In this document: piece after piece, positions 53,307-63,954 of the stretch | Position numbering within the stretch: position 1 is the stretch's first letter | Layout of the letters: every line of letters starts with the position of its first letter | Assembly (NCBI RefSeq): GCF_036321535.1 | Contig: NC_087472.1 | Location: 100,194,001 to 100,258,000 of the forward strand | Origin: Camelus dromedarius | Lineage: Eukaryota | Reading direction: 5' to 3' | DNA length: 64,000 nucleotides | Made by a program: the position numbers and the translations under genes | Notes under the pieces: generated by a model | What the model was told of the DNA's origin: nothing | The model's input: the letters and a program-made list of their open reading frames with translations, nothing else | The model's database searches: none

Positions 53307-54029
53307 AAAGGAGGGTAAAAGCACTTAGCAGAGCAGCAGGCAAGCAGAGTCCTACTTAGCGTGCCCTCTCGCACCATCCTTATTCCTCTGGATGCCCCAA
53401 AGCGACTCATAATTTAGCCTGCCATCTATGCATCTGGTTTTCAAGGACAAGCTTTTGTCACGGCTGACTGTAAATTGAGGGGGTGGCTTTAAAGATGTTT
53501 TCTGAAGAGCAGAAACGTCTGCAGATTATTTCCATAGCATCCCAGTGTGTTTGACAGCATTGAGTGGCCCTACTCGTTCCTTCAGCAAGCGGTCGTTGAG
53601 CACCTACTCTGTGCCTGACAGTGTGCCTGGTGCACAAGGAATAGTCCTTGTCCTGAGAAAGCGGCAACAGCGGCAGCAGCGCGAGCAGCACTAGCACACT
53701 CCCCCCGCCCCGCCAGGTCAGACGTGGTCGTAATTTGGGGAAGGACTGAGGCAAAGACTGCACTTGTGGGAGTCTAGAAAGCATGTGTTCTAAGCAAACT
53801 AAGAGAAAGCATTCGTCGTTCCCCCACCTAAAGGTACGCGTGCCGTACAGGGCCTAGGCGCGTCCGTTGCCACGCTACAGCAGTGAGGGCAGCTAGCACG
53901 TCAAAGCGCTCACCTTAGAAGGACAAGCCTCTGCCCTGCTGCCATCCCAGTTGATGGGGTGGGACCTATAGGAAGGAAAGGAAACCTGGAAGTGCAAAGC
54001 TAAACGGGCGCGTGGTGAGGCCGTGTCCT

Positions 54030-54470
54030 AGGCTGAGGAAGGGCCAAAGGAGTAGCCACGGCAATGACACAGCGACTTCAGCCAGTCAGTGCAATGTGAG
54101 CTGTCCTGACAACCCCCAGTGTCACAGTGGCTTAATGCAAGTCAGGTTTTTTCTTCACTTGCATAATAATGTCCAAAATGGGTTTTTCTTCATTGGTGGG
54201 TGGCTCGTCTCCTAGCCGGAGTTCAGGAATCCAGGTTCTTTTTATCCGGTGACTCTACCATCTTTGGTCTATGACTTCTCAGGTCTCAAGAATGTGAAGA
54301 ACGGGTGGGAGATTTTTATGGGCTGTGCTGGAAGTTCACATGCTACTGTTAGACCGCAAGACCTGGCCACGCCCAGCTGCGAGCGGGGCTGGGAAATGTA
54401 GTCCCGCTGCATCTGTGCTCAAGAATAGGAGGAAATCACTTTGGTAACCAGCTAGTCCAGATGCCACACT
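54030..54470. mobile_element. MLT1-like LTR remnant
   Basis: cagtggcttaa..ggccacgcccagctgc..ggctgggaaatgtagtc..tgccaca. Confidence 0.55.
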
Positions 54471-56611
54471 GGGCTAGAGGTCGGGGTCAGCGCTGTCTCT
54501 GATGCCTAGTTGCAAACCGCAGGCCTTCCTGGTCATTCGGTCTGTACTGTCGTTGCTTCCATGCCTTGCTGCCCGTAGCCTTGCTCGCGCTCACATCCCC
54601 GTTTTAGTTCATCAGAGCACTTACTACTACCTGGAGTGAGTACCGCATGGGAGGCCCCTAATCACTCAGTGCTCCGTGAATGAATGACCCCCTGAGCCCT
54701 GAGTGAATGGCTCAATGGAGGAAGTGGAACTTGGGCTGGGTATTAAGTAGCCTTTACCTTGGGAGTAAAGAGATCAGGAAAAGAAAGGCGGCAGAGTAAA
54801 AGGAGGCAAAGATGAATGGATTGATCCATTTATGGAGCCGAGTCGCATCCATTGAACTGAGACTTGAGTGCCTGTAAGAGTTTCAGTTCTGGGGCCGCCG
54901 CCTCCATACCCCTGAAAGACTGTACACGCCAATAAAAGTCGATGACTACCAGAATGTATAAGGAAAAATAAGACCTAGCGATATACTATCTATAAGAGGT
55001 GTGCTTTAAATGTAGAGACAGATGAGTGAAAAATGAGTTTCCCTTACAGACTGTGAAGGGGGTGGGGGAGGGGAGAAAGCCATCACAGACCATCACGGCA
55101 TGCTAGAGACTTTGAAAGCAGAAGACCTCCGGTCTAGACATGGGGAAGCCGCTGCCCCCCGCCCCTCATGCTGTACACCAGAAATTGGACAACACTGTAA
55201 ACTGTACTTCAACAAAAATGTATGTGAATAAGTAAAATAAACTTTCCTGAGTGTAGAGTTCTATACTGAGAGTTGTTTTCCTTGAGCCACTTTTGCCCGC
55301 TGGCTTCCATTGGTCCTGCTGCATAATCAGTTGATCATCTAAAGCATATTCCTTTGAAAGCCACAAGTCTGCTCTGTCTGCCACTTTGGCCTTGGTTTTC
55401 TGTACCGTCACTATGCTAGGGCTCAAGATGGCTTACCACCTAGTGTTTTGTTTTTCTTTTTTGGTAGCTCTTGTTTGTGGGTTTTGGTTCTGTTCTCCTA
55501 GTCATTTTGTTTTCAGGCGGTGATGATGAGATACTGTAGACGTTATCTTCCATCACAGTTTTCCCAGATTGTCTGTGTCCTCATTCTTGAGCGATAGTTT
55601 AGCAGGGTATAGAAACCTGCATTGTTAGTTTATTGTCTCCTGTGTCTAATCTCGATGATCAAAAAGTGTGCTCACAGTCTAAATGTTGTACCTTTGCTAA
55701 ACGGAAAGATGAAACCTTAAAAGCCATCAGGGAGCCTTTCCCTCTATATGTGAAGTACAGGGTGTGTTTGCAAGGTGGCGTGGTCCTGGTGGAGGGCATC
55801 GTCTGCGGACAAGTGTAGTGGGAAAGGTATGCTGGAACAAATCAGGCGTTTCGAAAGGCAGGTTCATGAGTCCACACTGGAACAGTTCCACTTATCGTGG
55901 ATGTGTTATTACATGCCCAACTTAAGTAGGATCAAAAGTCTGCCAAACTAGTAAACATACAAACCAAAAAACTGGATTTGAGTTTAGCAAGAATGACTAG
56001 CGTCTGCTGGGCCTGATTTTTATCATTCATCTACATGGCTCAGTGCAATGAACTCATGTCAGAGTGAGAGCCACACTTCCAAATTAATGGATGTCGTTGA
56101 ACCACATTTAAGTTACATGGATAAGTGGTCTGTGTGAAGGATGTCCCTGAAATGAAGTGGGTTTTTTTTAAAGACTTGAAATAACTTTATGATGAGTGAT
56201 AACCCTTAAACTCAAGGCGGAAGAGGTAAAATAAGTGTTTAACTATCGGGCATACCTCTGCACCCATGGGCGGAATTACAACCTCAAAACCTAGCAGATG
56301 GCTGTTCTGGTCTACGTGGCATTATGGCAAGGCAAACAGTGGCCAGAATTACACATTCACCAACCGCCTACCTGTGATCATTGTGACTGAGCAAAAGGAT
56401 GGGTGAGATGTAACTTTTGATCCTAATGGTGAATCAGTGTCCATCAAGTCCAGAGTAGTCTGTTGGGGAAATCAGGCCCATAAGTTCATTGAGACCTTTG
56501 GGGAAATTTCATAAGCACAGATAGCAAGTTAGAAACGTAGTTAGCACTCTGACTCCACGTATCTAAAAATGGAATATGATTTCTGCTTCCAGCAAAAACT
56601 CCTCTGTCCTT

Positions 56612-56912
56612 CCCCGGGGCTTGAACCCAGGACCTCCTGCTTGCTAGCCCTGCTCTCTGCCCCTGAGCTACAGGCTCTCGCTAGCTACCTCAGTTTCCCC
56701 GAGTCAAGTCAGGTTTATCTCCCCCAGCTGAGGGAGGATGCTGGGTCCCTGGTTCCTCAGCTGCAACCCAGCCTGAGGCACCAGGGATTCAGCATCATTC
56801 GTTAGTTGAGGAGTTAAAGGTGAGTGAGGGGGAAACTCTGGTAGCTAGCGAGAGCCTGTAGGTTAGGGGTAGAGAGCTAGGACTAGTAAGCAGGAGGTTG
56901 TAGGTTCGAGGC
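56612..56912. repeat. Degenerate palindrome with outward-facing tRNA/SINE-like heads
   Basis: 56612-56700 reverse complement aligns with 56829-56910; 56738-56763 aligns with 56771-56795. Confidence 0.85.
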
Positions 56913-59900
56913 AGGCAGAGAGGCAGAGAGGCAGAGAGGCAGAGAGGCAGAGAGGCAGAGAGGCAGAGAGGCAGAGAGGCAGAGAGGCAGAGAGGCAGAG
57001 AGGCAGAGAGGCAGAGAGGCAGAGAGGCAGAGAGGCAGAGAGGCAGAGAGGCAGAGAGGCAGAGAGGCAGAGAGGCAGAGAGGCAGAGAGGCAGAGAGGC
57101 AGAGAGGCAGAGAGGCAGAGAGGCAGAGAGGCAGAGAGGCAGAGAGGCAGAGAGGCAGAGAGGCAGAGAGGCAGAGAGGCAGAGAGGCAGAGAGGCAGAG
57201 AGGCAGAGAGGCAGAGAGGCAGAGAGGCAGAGAGGCAGAGAGGCAGAGAGGCAGAGAGGCAGAGAGGCAGAGAGGCAGAGAGGCAGAGAGGCAGAGAGGC
57301 AGAGAGGCAGAGAGGCAGAGAGGCAGAGAGGCAGAGAGGCAGAGAGGCAGAGAGGCAGAGAGGCAGAGAGGCAGAGAGGCAGAGAGGCAGAGAGGCAGAG
57401 AGGCAGAGAGGCAGAGAGGCAGAGAGGCAGAGAGGCAGAGAGGCAGAGAGGCAGAGAGGCAGAGAGGCAGAGAGGCAGAGAGGCAGAGAGGCAGAGAGGC
57501 AGAGAGGCAGAGAGGCAGAGAGGCAGAGAGGCAGAGAGGCAGAGAGGCAGAGAGGCAGAGAGGCAGAGAGGCAGAGAGGCAGAGAGGCAGAGAGGCAGAG
57601 AGGCAGAGAGGCAGAGAGGCAGAGAGGCAGAGAGGCAGAGAGGCAGAGAGGCAGAGAGGCAGAGAGGCAGAGAGGCAGAGAGGCAGAGAGGCAGAGAGGC
57701 AGAGAGGCAGAGAGGCAGAGAGGCAGAGAGGCAGAGAGGCAGAGAGGCAGAGAGGCAGAGAGGCAGAGAGGCAGAGAGGCAGAGAGGCAGAGAGGCAGAG
57801 AGGCAGAGAGGCAGAGAGGCAGAGAGGCAGAGAGGCAGAGAGGCAGAGAGGCAGAGAGGCAGAGAGGCAGAGAGGCAGAGAGGCAGAGAGGCAGAGAGGC
57901 AGAGAGGCAGAGAGGCAGAGAGGCAGAGAGGCAGAGAGGCAGAGAGGCAGAGAGGCAGAGAGGCAGAGAGGCAGAGAGGCAGAGAGGCAGAGAGGCAGAG
58001 AGGCAGAGAGGCAGAGAGGCAGAGAGGCAGAGAGGCAGAGAGGCAGAGAGGCAGAGAGGCAGAGAGGCAGAGAGGCAGAGAGGCAGAGAGGCAGAGAGGC
58101 AGAGAGGCAGAGAGGCAGAGAGGCAGAGAGGCAGAGAGGCAGAGAGGCAGAGAGGCAGAGAGGCAGAGAGGCAGAGAGGCAGAGAGGCAGAGAGGCAGAG
58201 AGGCAGAGAGGCAGAGAGGCAGAGAGGCAGAGAGGCAGAGAGGCAGAGAGGCAGAGAGGCAGAGAGGCAGAGAGGCAGAGAGGCAGAGAGGCAGAGAGGC
58301 AGAGAGGCAGAGAGGCAGAGAGGCAGAGAGGCAGAGAGGCAGAGAGGCAGAGAGGCAGAGAGGCAGAGAGGCAGAGAGGCAGAGAGGCAGAGAGGCAGAG
58401 AGGCAGAGAGGCAGAGAGGCAGAGAGGCAGAGAGGCAGAGAGGCAGAGAGGCAGAGAGGCAGAGAGGCAGAGAGGCAGAGAGGCAGAGAGGCAGAGAGGC
58501 AGAGAGGCAGAGAGGCAGAGAGGCAGAGAGGCAGAGAGGCAGAGAGGCAGAGAGGCAGAGAGGCAGAGAGGCAGAGAGGCAGAGAGGCAGAGAGGCAGAG
58601 AGGCAGAGAGGCAGAGAGGCAGAGAGGCAGAGAGGCAGAGAGGCAGAGAGGCAGAGAGGCAGAGAGGCAGAGAGGCAGAGAGGCAGAGAGGCAGAGAGGC
58701 AGAGAGGCAGAGAGGCAGAGAGGCAGAGAGGCAGAGAGGCAGAGAGGCAGAGAGGCAGAGAGGCAGAGAGGCAGAGAGGCAGAGAGGCAGAGAGGCAGAG
58801 AGGCAGAGAGGCAGAGAGGCAGAGAGGCAGAGAGGCAGAGAGGCAGAGAGGCAGAGAGGCAGAGAGGCAGAGAGGCAGAGAGGCAGAGAGGCAGAGAGGC
58901 AGAGAGGCAGAGAGGCAGAGAGGCAGAGAGGCAGAGAGGCAGAGAGGCAGAGAGGCAGAGAGGCAGAGAGGCAGAGAGGCAGAGAGGCAGAGAGGCAGAG
59001 AGGCAGAGAGGCAGAGAGGCAGAGAGGCAGAGAGGCAGAGAGGCAGAGAGGCAGAGAGGCAGAGAGGCAGAGAGGCAGAGAGGCAGAGAGGCAGAGAGGC
59101 AGAGAGGCAGAGAGGCAGAGAGGCAGAGAGGCAGAGAGGCAGAGAGGCAGAGAGGCAGAGAGGCAGAGAGGCAGAGAGGCAGAGAGGCAGAGAGGCAGAG
59201 AGGCAGAGAGGCAGAGAGGCAGAGAGGCAGAGAGGCAGAGAGGCAGAGAGGCAGAGAGGCAGAGAGGCAGAGAGGCAGAGAGGCAGAGAGGCAGAGAGGC
59301 AGAGAGGCAGAGAGGCAGAGAGGCAGAGAGGCAGAGAGGCAGAGAGGCAGAGAGGCAGAGAGGCAGAGAGGCAGAGAGGCAGAGAGGCAGAGAGGCAGAG
59401 AGGCAGAGAGGCAGAGAGGCAGAGAGGCAGAGAGGCAGAGAGGCAGAGAGGCAGAGAGGCAGAGAGGCAGAGAGGCAGAGAGGCAGAGAGGCAGAGAGGC
59501 AGAGAGGCAGAGAGGCAGAGAGGCAGAGAGGCAGAGAGGCAGAGAGGCAGAGAGGCAGAGAGGCAGAGAGGCAGAGAGGCAGAGAGGCAGAGAGGCAGAG
59601 AGGCAGAGAGGCAGAGAGGCAGAGAGGCAGAGAGGCAGAGAGGCAGAGAGGCAGAGAGGCAGAGAGGCAGAGAGGCAGAGAGGCAGAGAGGCAGAGAGGC
59701 AGAGAGGCAGAGAGGCAGAGAGGCAGAGAGGCAGAGAGGCAGAGAGGCAGAGAGGCAGAGAGGCAGAGAGGCAGAGAGGCAGAGAGGCAGAGAGGCAGAG
59801 AGGCAGAGAGGCAGAGAGGCAGAGAGGCAGAGAGGCAGAGAGGCAGAGAGGCAGAGAGGCAGAGAGGCAGAGAGGCAGAGAGGCAGAGAGGCAGAGAGGC

Positions 59901-61100
59901 AGAGAGGCAGAGAGGCAGAGAGGCAGAGAGGCAGAGAGGCAGAGAGGCAGAGAGGCAGAGAGGCAGAGAGGCAGAGAGGCAGAGAGGCAGAGAGGCAGAG
60001 AGGCAGAGAGGCAGAGAGGCAGAGAGGCAGAGAGGCAGAGAGGCAGAGAGGCAGAGAGGCAGAGAGGCAGAGAGGCAGAGAGGCAGAGAGGCAGAGAGGC
60101 AGAGAGGCAGAGAGGCAGAGAGGCAGAGAGGCAGAGAGGCAGAGAGGCAGAGAGGCAGAGAGGCAGAGAGGCAGAGAGGCAGAGAGGCAGAGAGGCAGAG
60201 AGGCAGAGAGGCAGAGAGGCAGAGAGGCAGAGAGGCAGAGAGGCAGAGAGGCAGAGAGGCAGAGAGGCAGAGAGGCAGAGAGGCAGAGAGGCAGAGAGGC
60301 AGAGAGGCAGAGAGGCAGAGAGGCAGAGAGGCAGAGAGGCAGAGAGGCAGAGAGGCAGAGAGGCAGAGAGGCAGAGAGGCAGAGAGGCAGAGAGGCAGAG
60401 AGGCAGAGAGGCAGAGAGGCAGAGAGGCAGAGAGGCAGAGAGGCAGAGAGGCAGAGAGGCAGAGAGGCAGAGAGGCAGAGAGGCAGAGAGGCAGAGAGGC
60501 AGAGAGGCAGAGAGGCAGAGAGGCAGAGAGGCAGAGAGGCAGAGAGGCAGAGAGGCAGAGAGGCAGAGAGGCAGAGAGGCAGAGAGGCAGAGAGGCAGAG
60601 AGGCAGAGAGGCAGAGAGGCAGAGAGGCAGAGAGGCAGAGAGGCAGAGAGGCAGAGAGGCAGAGAGGCAGAGAGGCAGAGAGGCAGAGAGGCAGAGAGGC
60701 AGAGAGGCAGAGAGGCAGAGAGGCAGAGAGGCAGAGAGGCAGAGAGGCAGAGAGGCAGAGAGGCAGAGAGGCAGAGAGGCAGAGAGGCAGAGAGGCAGAG
60801 AGGCAGAGAGGCAGAGAGGCAGAGAGGCAGAGAGGCAGAGAGGCAGAGAGGCAGAGAGGCAGAGAGGCAGAGAGGCAGAGAGGCAGAGAGGCAGAGAGGC
60901 AGAGAGGCAGAGAGGCAGAGAGGCAGAGAGGCAGAGAGGCAGAGAGGCAGAGAGGCAGAGAGGCAGAGAGGCAGAGAGGCAGAGAGGCAGAGAGGCAGAG
61001 AGGCAGAGAGGCAGAGAGGCAGAGAGGCAGAGAGGCAGAGAGGCAGAGAGGCAGAGAGGCAGAGAGGCAGAGAGGCAGAGAGGCAGAGAGGCAGAGAGGC
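56913..61100. repeat. Perfect (AGGCAGAG)n tandem array, 523 full units
   Basis: Uninterrupted 8-mer from 56913 to 61096 plus a partial AGGC. Confidence 0.98.
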
Positions 61101-61106
61101 AGGCGA

Positions 61107-62285
61107 TCGCCTCCTCCCTCCCTCCCTCCCTCCTTTCCTTCTTCCTGCCTCGCCTCTTCCCTCCCTCCCTCCCTCTTTCCTTTCCTTTCTTCCTGCCTCG
61201 CCTCTTCCCTCCCTCCCTCCCTCTTTCCTTTCCTTCTTTCTTCCTCGCCTCTTCCCTCCCTCCCTCCCTCCCCCCCTCTTTCCTTTCCTTCTTCCTGCCT
61301 CGCCTCTTCCCTCCCTCCCCCCCTCTTTCCTTTCCTTCTTTCTTCCTCGCCTCTTCCCTCCCTCCCTCCCTCCCTCTTTCCTTTCCTTCTTTCTTCCTCG
61401 CCTCTTCCCTCCCTCCCTCCCTCCCTTTCCTTTCCTTCTTTCTTCCTCGCCTCTTCCCTCCCTCCCTCCCTCCCTTTCCTTTCCTTCTTCCTGCCTCGCC
61501 TCTTCCCTCCCTCCCCCCTTCTTTCCTTTCCTTCTTCCTGCCTCGCCTCTTCCCTCCCTCCCTCCCTCCCTCTTTCCTTTCCTTCTTTCTTCCTCGCCTC
61601 TTCCCTCCCTCCCTCCCTCCCTCTTTCCTTTCCTTCTTTCTTCCTCGCCTCTTCCCCCCCTCCCTCCCTCCCTCTTTCCTTTCCTTCTTTCTTCCTCGCC
61701 TCTTCCCCCCCTCCCTCCCTCTTTCCTTTCCTTCTTTCTTCCTCGCCTCTTCCCCCCCTCCCTCCCTCTTTCCTTTCCTTCTTTCTTCCTCGCCTCTTCC
61801 CTCCCTCCCTCCCTCCCTCCCTCTTTCCTTTCCTTCTTTCTTCCTCGCCTCTTCCCTCCCTCCCTCCCTCCCTCTTTCCTTTCCTTCTTTCTTCCTCGCC
61901 TCTTCCCTCCCTCCCTCCCTCCCTCCCTCTTTCCTTTCCTTCTTTCTTCCTCGCCTCTTCCCTCCCTCCCTCCCTCTTTCCTTTCCTTCTTTCTTCCTTG
62001 CCTCTTCCCTCCCTCCCTCCCTGCCTTTCCTTTCCTTCTTTCTTCCTCGCCTCTTCCCTCCCTCCCTCCCTCCCTCCCTCTTTCCTTTCCTTCTTTCTTC
62101 CTCGCCTCTTCCCTCCCTCCCTCCCTCCCTCCCTCCCTCCCTCCCTCTTTCCTTTCCTTCTTTCTTCCTCGCCTCTTCCCTCCCTCCCTCCCTCCCTCCC
62201 TCTTTCCTTTCTTCCTTCCCTGCACTCTTCCCTCCCTCCCTCCCTCCTCCCCTCCCCTCCCCTCCGCTCCTCCCCGCGCTCTTCC
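61107..62285. repeat. Pyrimidine-rich minisatellite, about 40-55 bp units
   Basis: Repeating CCTCGCCTCTT(CCCT)nCTTTCCTTTCCTTCTTTCTT with variable CCCT count. Confidence 0.95.
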
Positions 62286-62754
62286 CCAAAAACTACCCAA
62301 CCTTGCTCCAAACACTGGAGTTTTCCAAACTTGAAGTTGCGAAAAGGCCTAGTAGAAAAAGTCAGGAGACTGCCATCCTGGCGTGGCTGAGAGTGGAGTG
62401 AAGAAAGACACGAGATGCTGGTGTGCTACACTCAAACCCTTCTTTCTTTATTCTTCCACGTGTCATCTTAAATGACGCACTCTGCACAGACCCAGCAGCA
62501 CTCCTGCGCATACCTCTAAGGCCGTGTCCCACTCCTGCCAAGGCACAAGTGTCACTTTCATATATGTAAAGAGAACATATTCCAATTTTAGTTTTTAAGT
62601 TACGGATTGCATCTTAAGACTAGACAGCAAATCTAGACAAGTCTAAAAGTATATATAGTACAGCTTTGGCCATAACAGCTCCAAAAGAAGTATTTCTGTG
62701 GTGTTGCTTTGAAGTTATCTTTCCTCATGACTCTAAAGACTCTCATTTGTTTTG

Positions 62755-62823
62755 CTCTAGACTGTGGTCTCCCAAAACAGAAGACAGGCTCAGGGAGCCC
62801 CAGCCACCCAAGAGGAGGCTTAA
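62755..62823 (+). pseudogene. MAP3K15: Remnant of the MAP3K15 terminal coding exon
   Basis: L*TVVSQNRRQAQGAPATQEEA* aligns by eye to the ASK3 C-terminus LWSAVSQYRRAQEASETKDKA; the upstream GGLLCR part is not seen. Confidence 0.7.
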
Positions 62824-63423
62824 TCCGGTAAGCCAGGGGACAGAGGGAGCAAAGAGCTGACATCTCTGTTGGTAAAGCTTCTGTTAACATACACACGAAT
62901 TCTGCTGTGTTTACACAGGTAAAACACCATTGTTCAATGAACAATTTAAGAACTTGAAGTTTTAAAGACTTATGGTAAAAATTTAACCTGTCATTTATCA
63001 GCATATTTTAAAGGTGAGAACTGTATGCATTGTGAGAACAGTGATTGTAAAACCTATTCGTGACATCCCAGACTATTATGGAATTCTTAAAAGGATGTTT
63101 AATTTACTTCTATGAAAAACACTTGCTGGAAAGGTGGAACTATAGGTGTTTAAAATAACAAAGGCTGGGAATCACTGTTTTCTATATATACACATTACAT
63201 ACATTACTATTAACTGGCATTGCACTTAAATTTGAAAAAGATAAAATTGATAAGAATATGCCTTATATTTACTGTTTGATATGAATGTCAATAGAAAACT
63301 ATTAAGAAAATAGCTTCGTATTTATATTGAATGTATAAATGGAGAAACCTAACTTATTTGGCCTTTGAAATGAAGTAGTCTTATTTAAAAATGGAACTGT
63401 CCTTCCACCCCCTACCTGGTGTG

Positions 63424-63429
63424 AATAAA
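63424..63429 (+). terminator. Candidate poly(A) signal of the former MAP3K15 transcript
   Basis: AATAAA followed by GT/T-rich sequence, about 600 nt after the MAP3K15 stop remnant. Confidence 0.4.
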
Positions 63430-63437
63430 TATTGTGT

Positions 63438-63443
63438 TTTATT
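63438..63443 (-). terminator. Candidate distal poly(A) signal for PDHA1
   Basis: TTTATT on + = AATAAA on -, about 510 nt after the PDHA1 stop. Confidence 0.5.
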
Positions 63444-63954
63444 AAGGAGAATCGATGGTTCAGTGTGAACAAGCTTCAGCACCAAAATGCACAAGGACAG
63501 AGGCGTCTGTGCACAGTAAGGTACTGCGAACGATTCCCTTCACACAAAAACATGGCAGAGGTGGACAGGCACGTAAGGACTTGTTTTCCTTTTAGTAACT
63601 AAAAAGGCATTTGTTAAAATAGTATACAACTAAATCAAATAGAACTACTTTAAAGAAATACTTTGAAGGAGGGTTAAACAAACTCTTAAATAGGTCTCTA
63701 AAATACCTCAGACCTATACAAATCTAAAATAACCTATATAAATCTAAAATAACCTTTATAATATCCATACTAATACTTAAGTGTGCAATAACATTTTTTA
63801 ATGCAACACTGTACAGACCACATGCAATGACTATCTTAATCTACACACTTTCTTCCTATGAGTTTTTCCTCCATAACAAACTTGAGAACACAAAGAAAGC
63901 ATTCCTTACAGTTGCTGCCAAATAGCCCACCGATGGATAGTAACCATTCCCCAT

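Larger units (their letters stand above)
1863..62823 (+). pseudogene. MAP3K15: MAP3K15 (ASK3) pseudogene, middle and 3' part; 5' exons lie upstream of the window
   Basis: 19 colinear exon remnants, mostly AG/GT-bounded, translate to ASK-family peptides ([21 protein letters not shown]; [44 protein letters not shown]). Many disabling lesions. Tail-to-tail with PDHA1. Confidence 0.95.
63420..63954 (-). other. PDHA1: PDHA1 3' UTR (distal end uncertain)
   Basis: AT-rich sequence directly after the PDHA1 stop; minus-strand ATTAAA at 63797-63802 and AATAAA at 63438-63443; 20-bp tandem duplication at 63721-63760. Confidence 0.65.

Noticed and set aside
56701..56800. Inverted remnant of MAP3K15 exon 25
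   Set aside because: Only a short CAGCTGGG-type resemblance; better explained as part of the local palindrome.
56913..62285. CRISPR-like or telomeric array
   Set aside because: No unique spacers, eukaryotic context, and the unit is not TTAGGG.
56795..62315. Three ORFs of about 1800 aa on the - strand
   Set aside because: They are translations of stop-free simple repeats (LPLCLSAS and GREGGRE units) open in all frames; no coding evidence.
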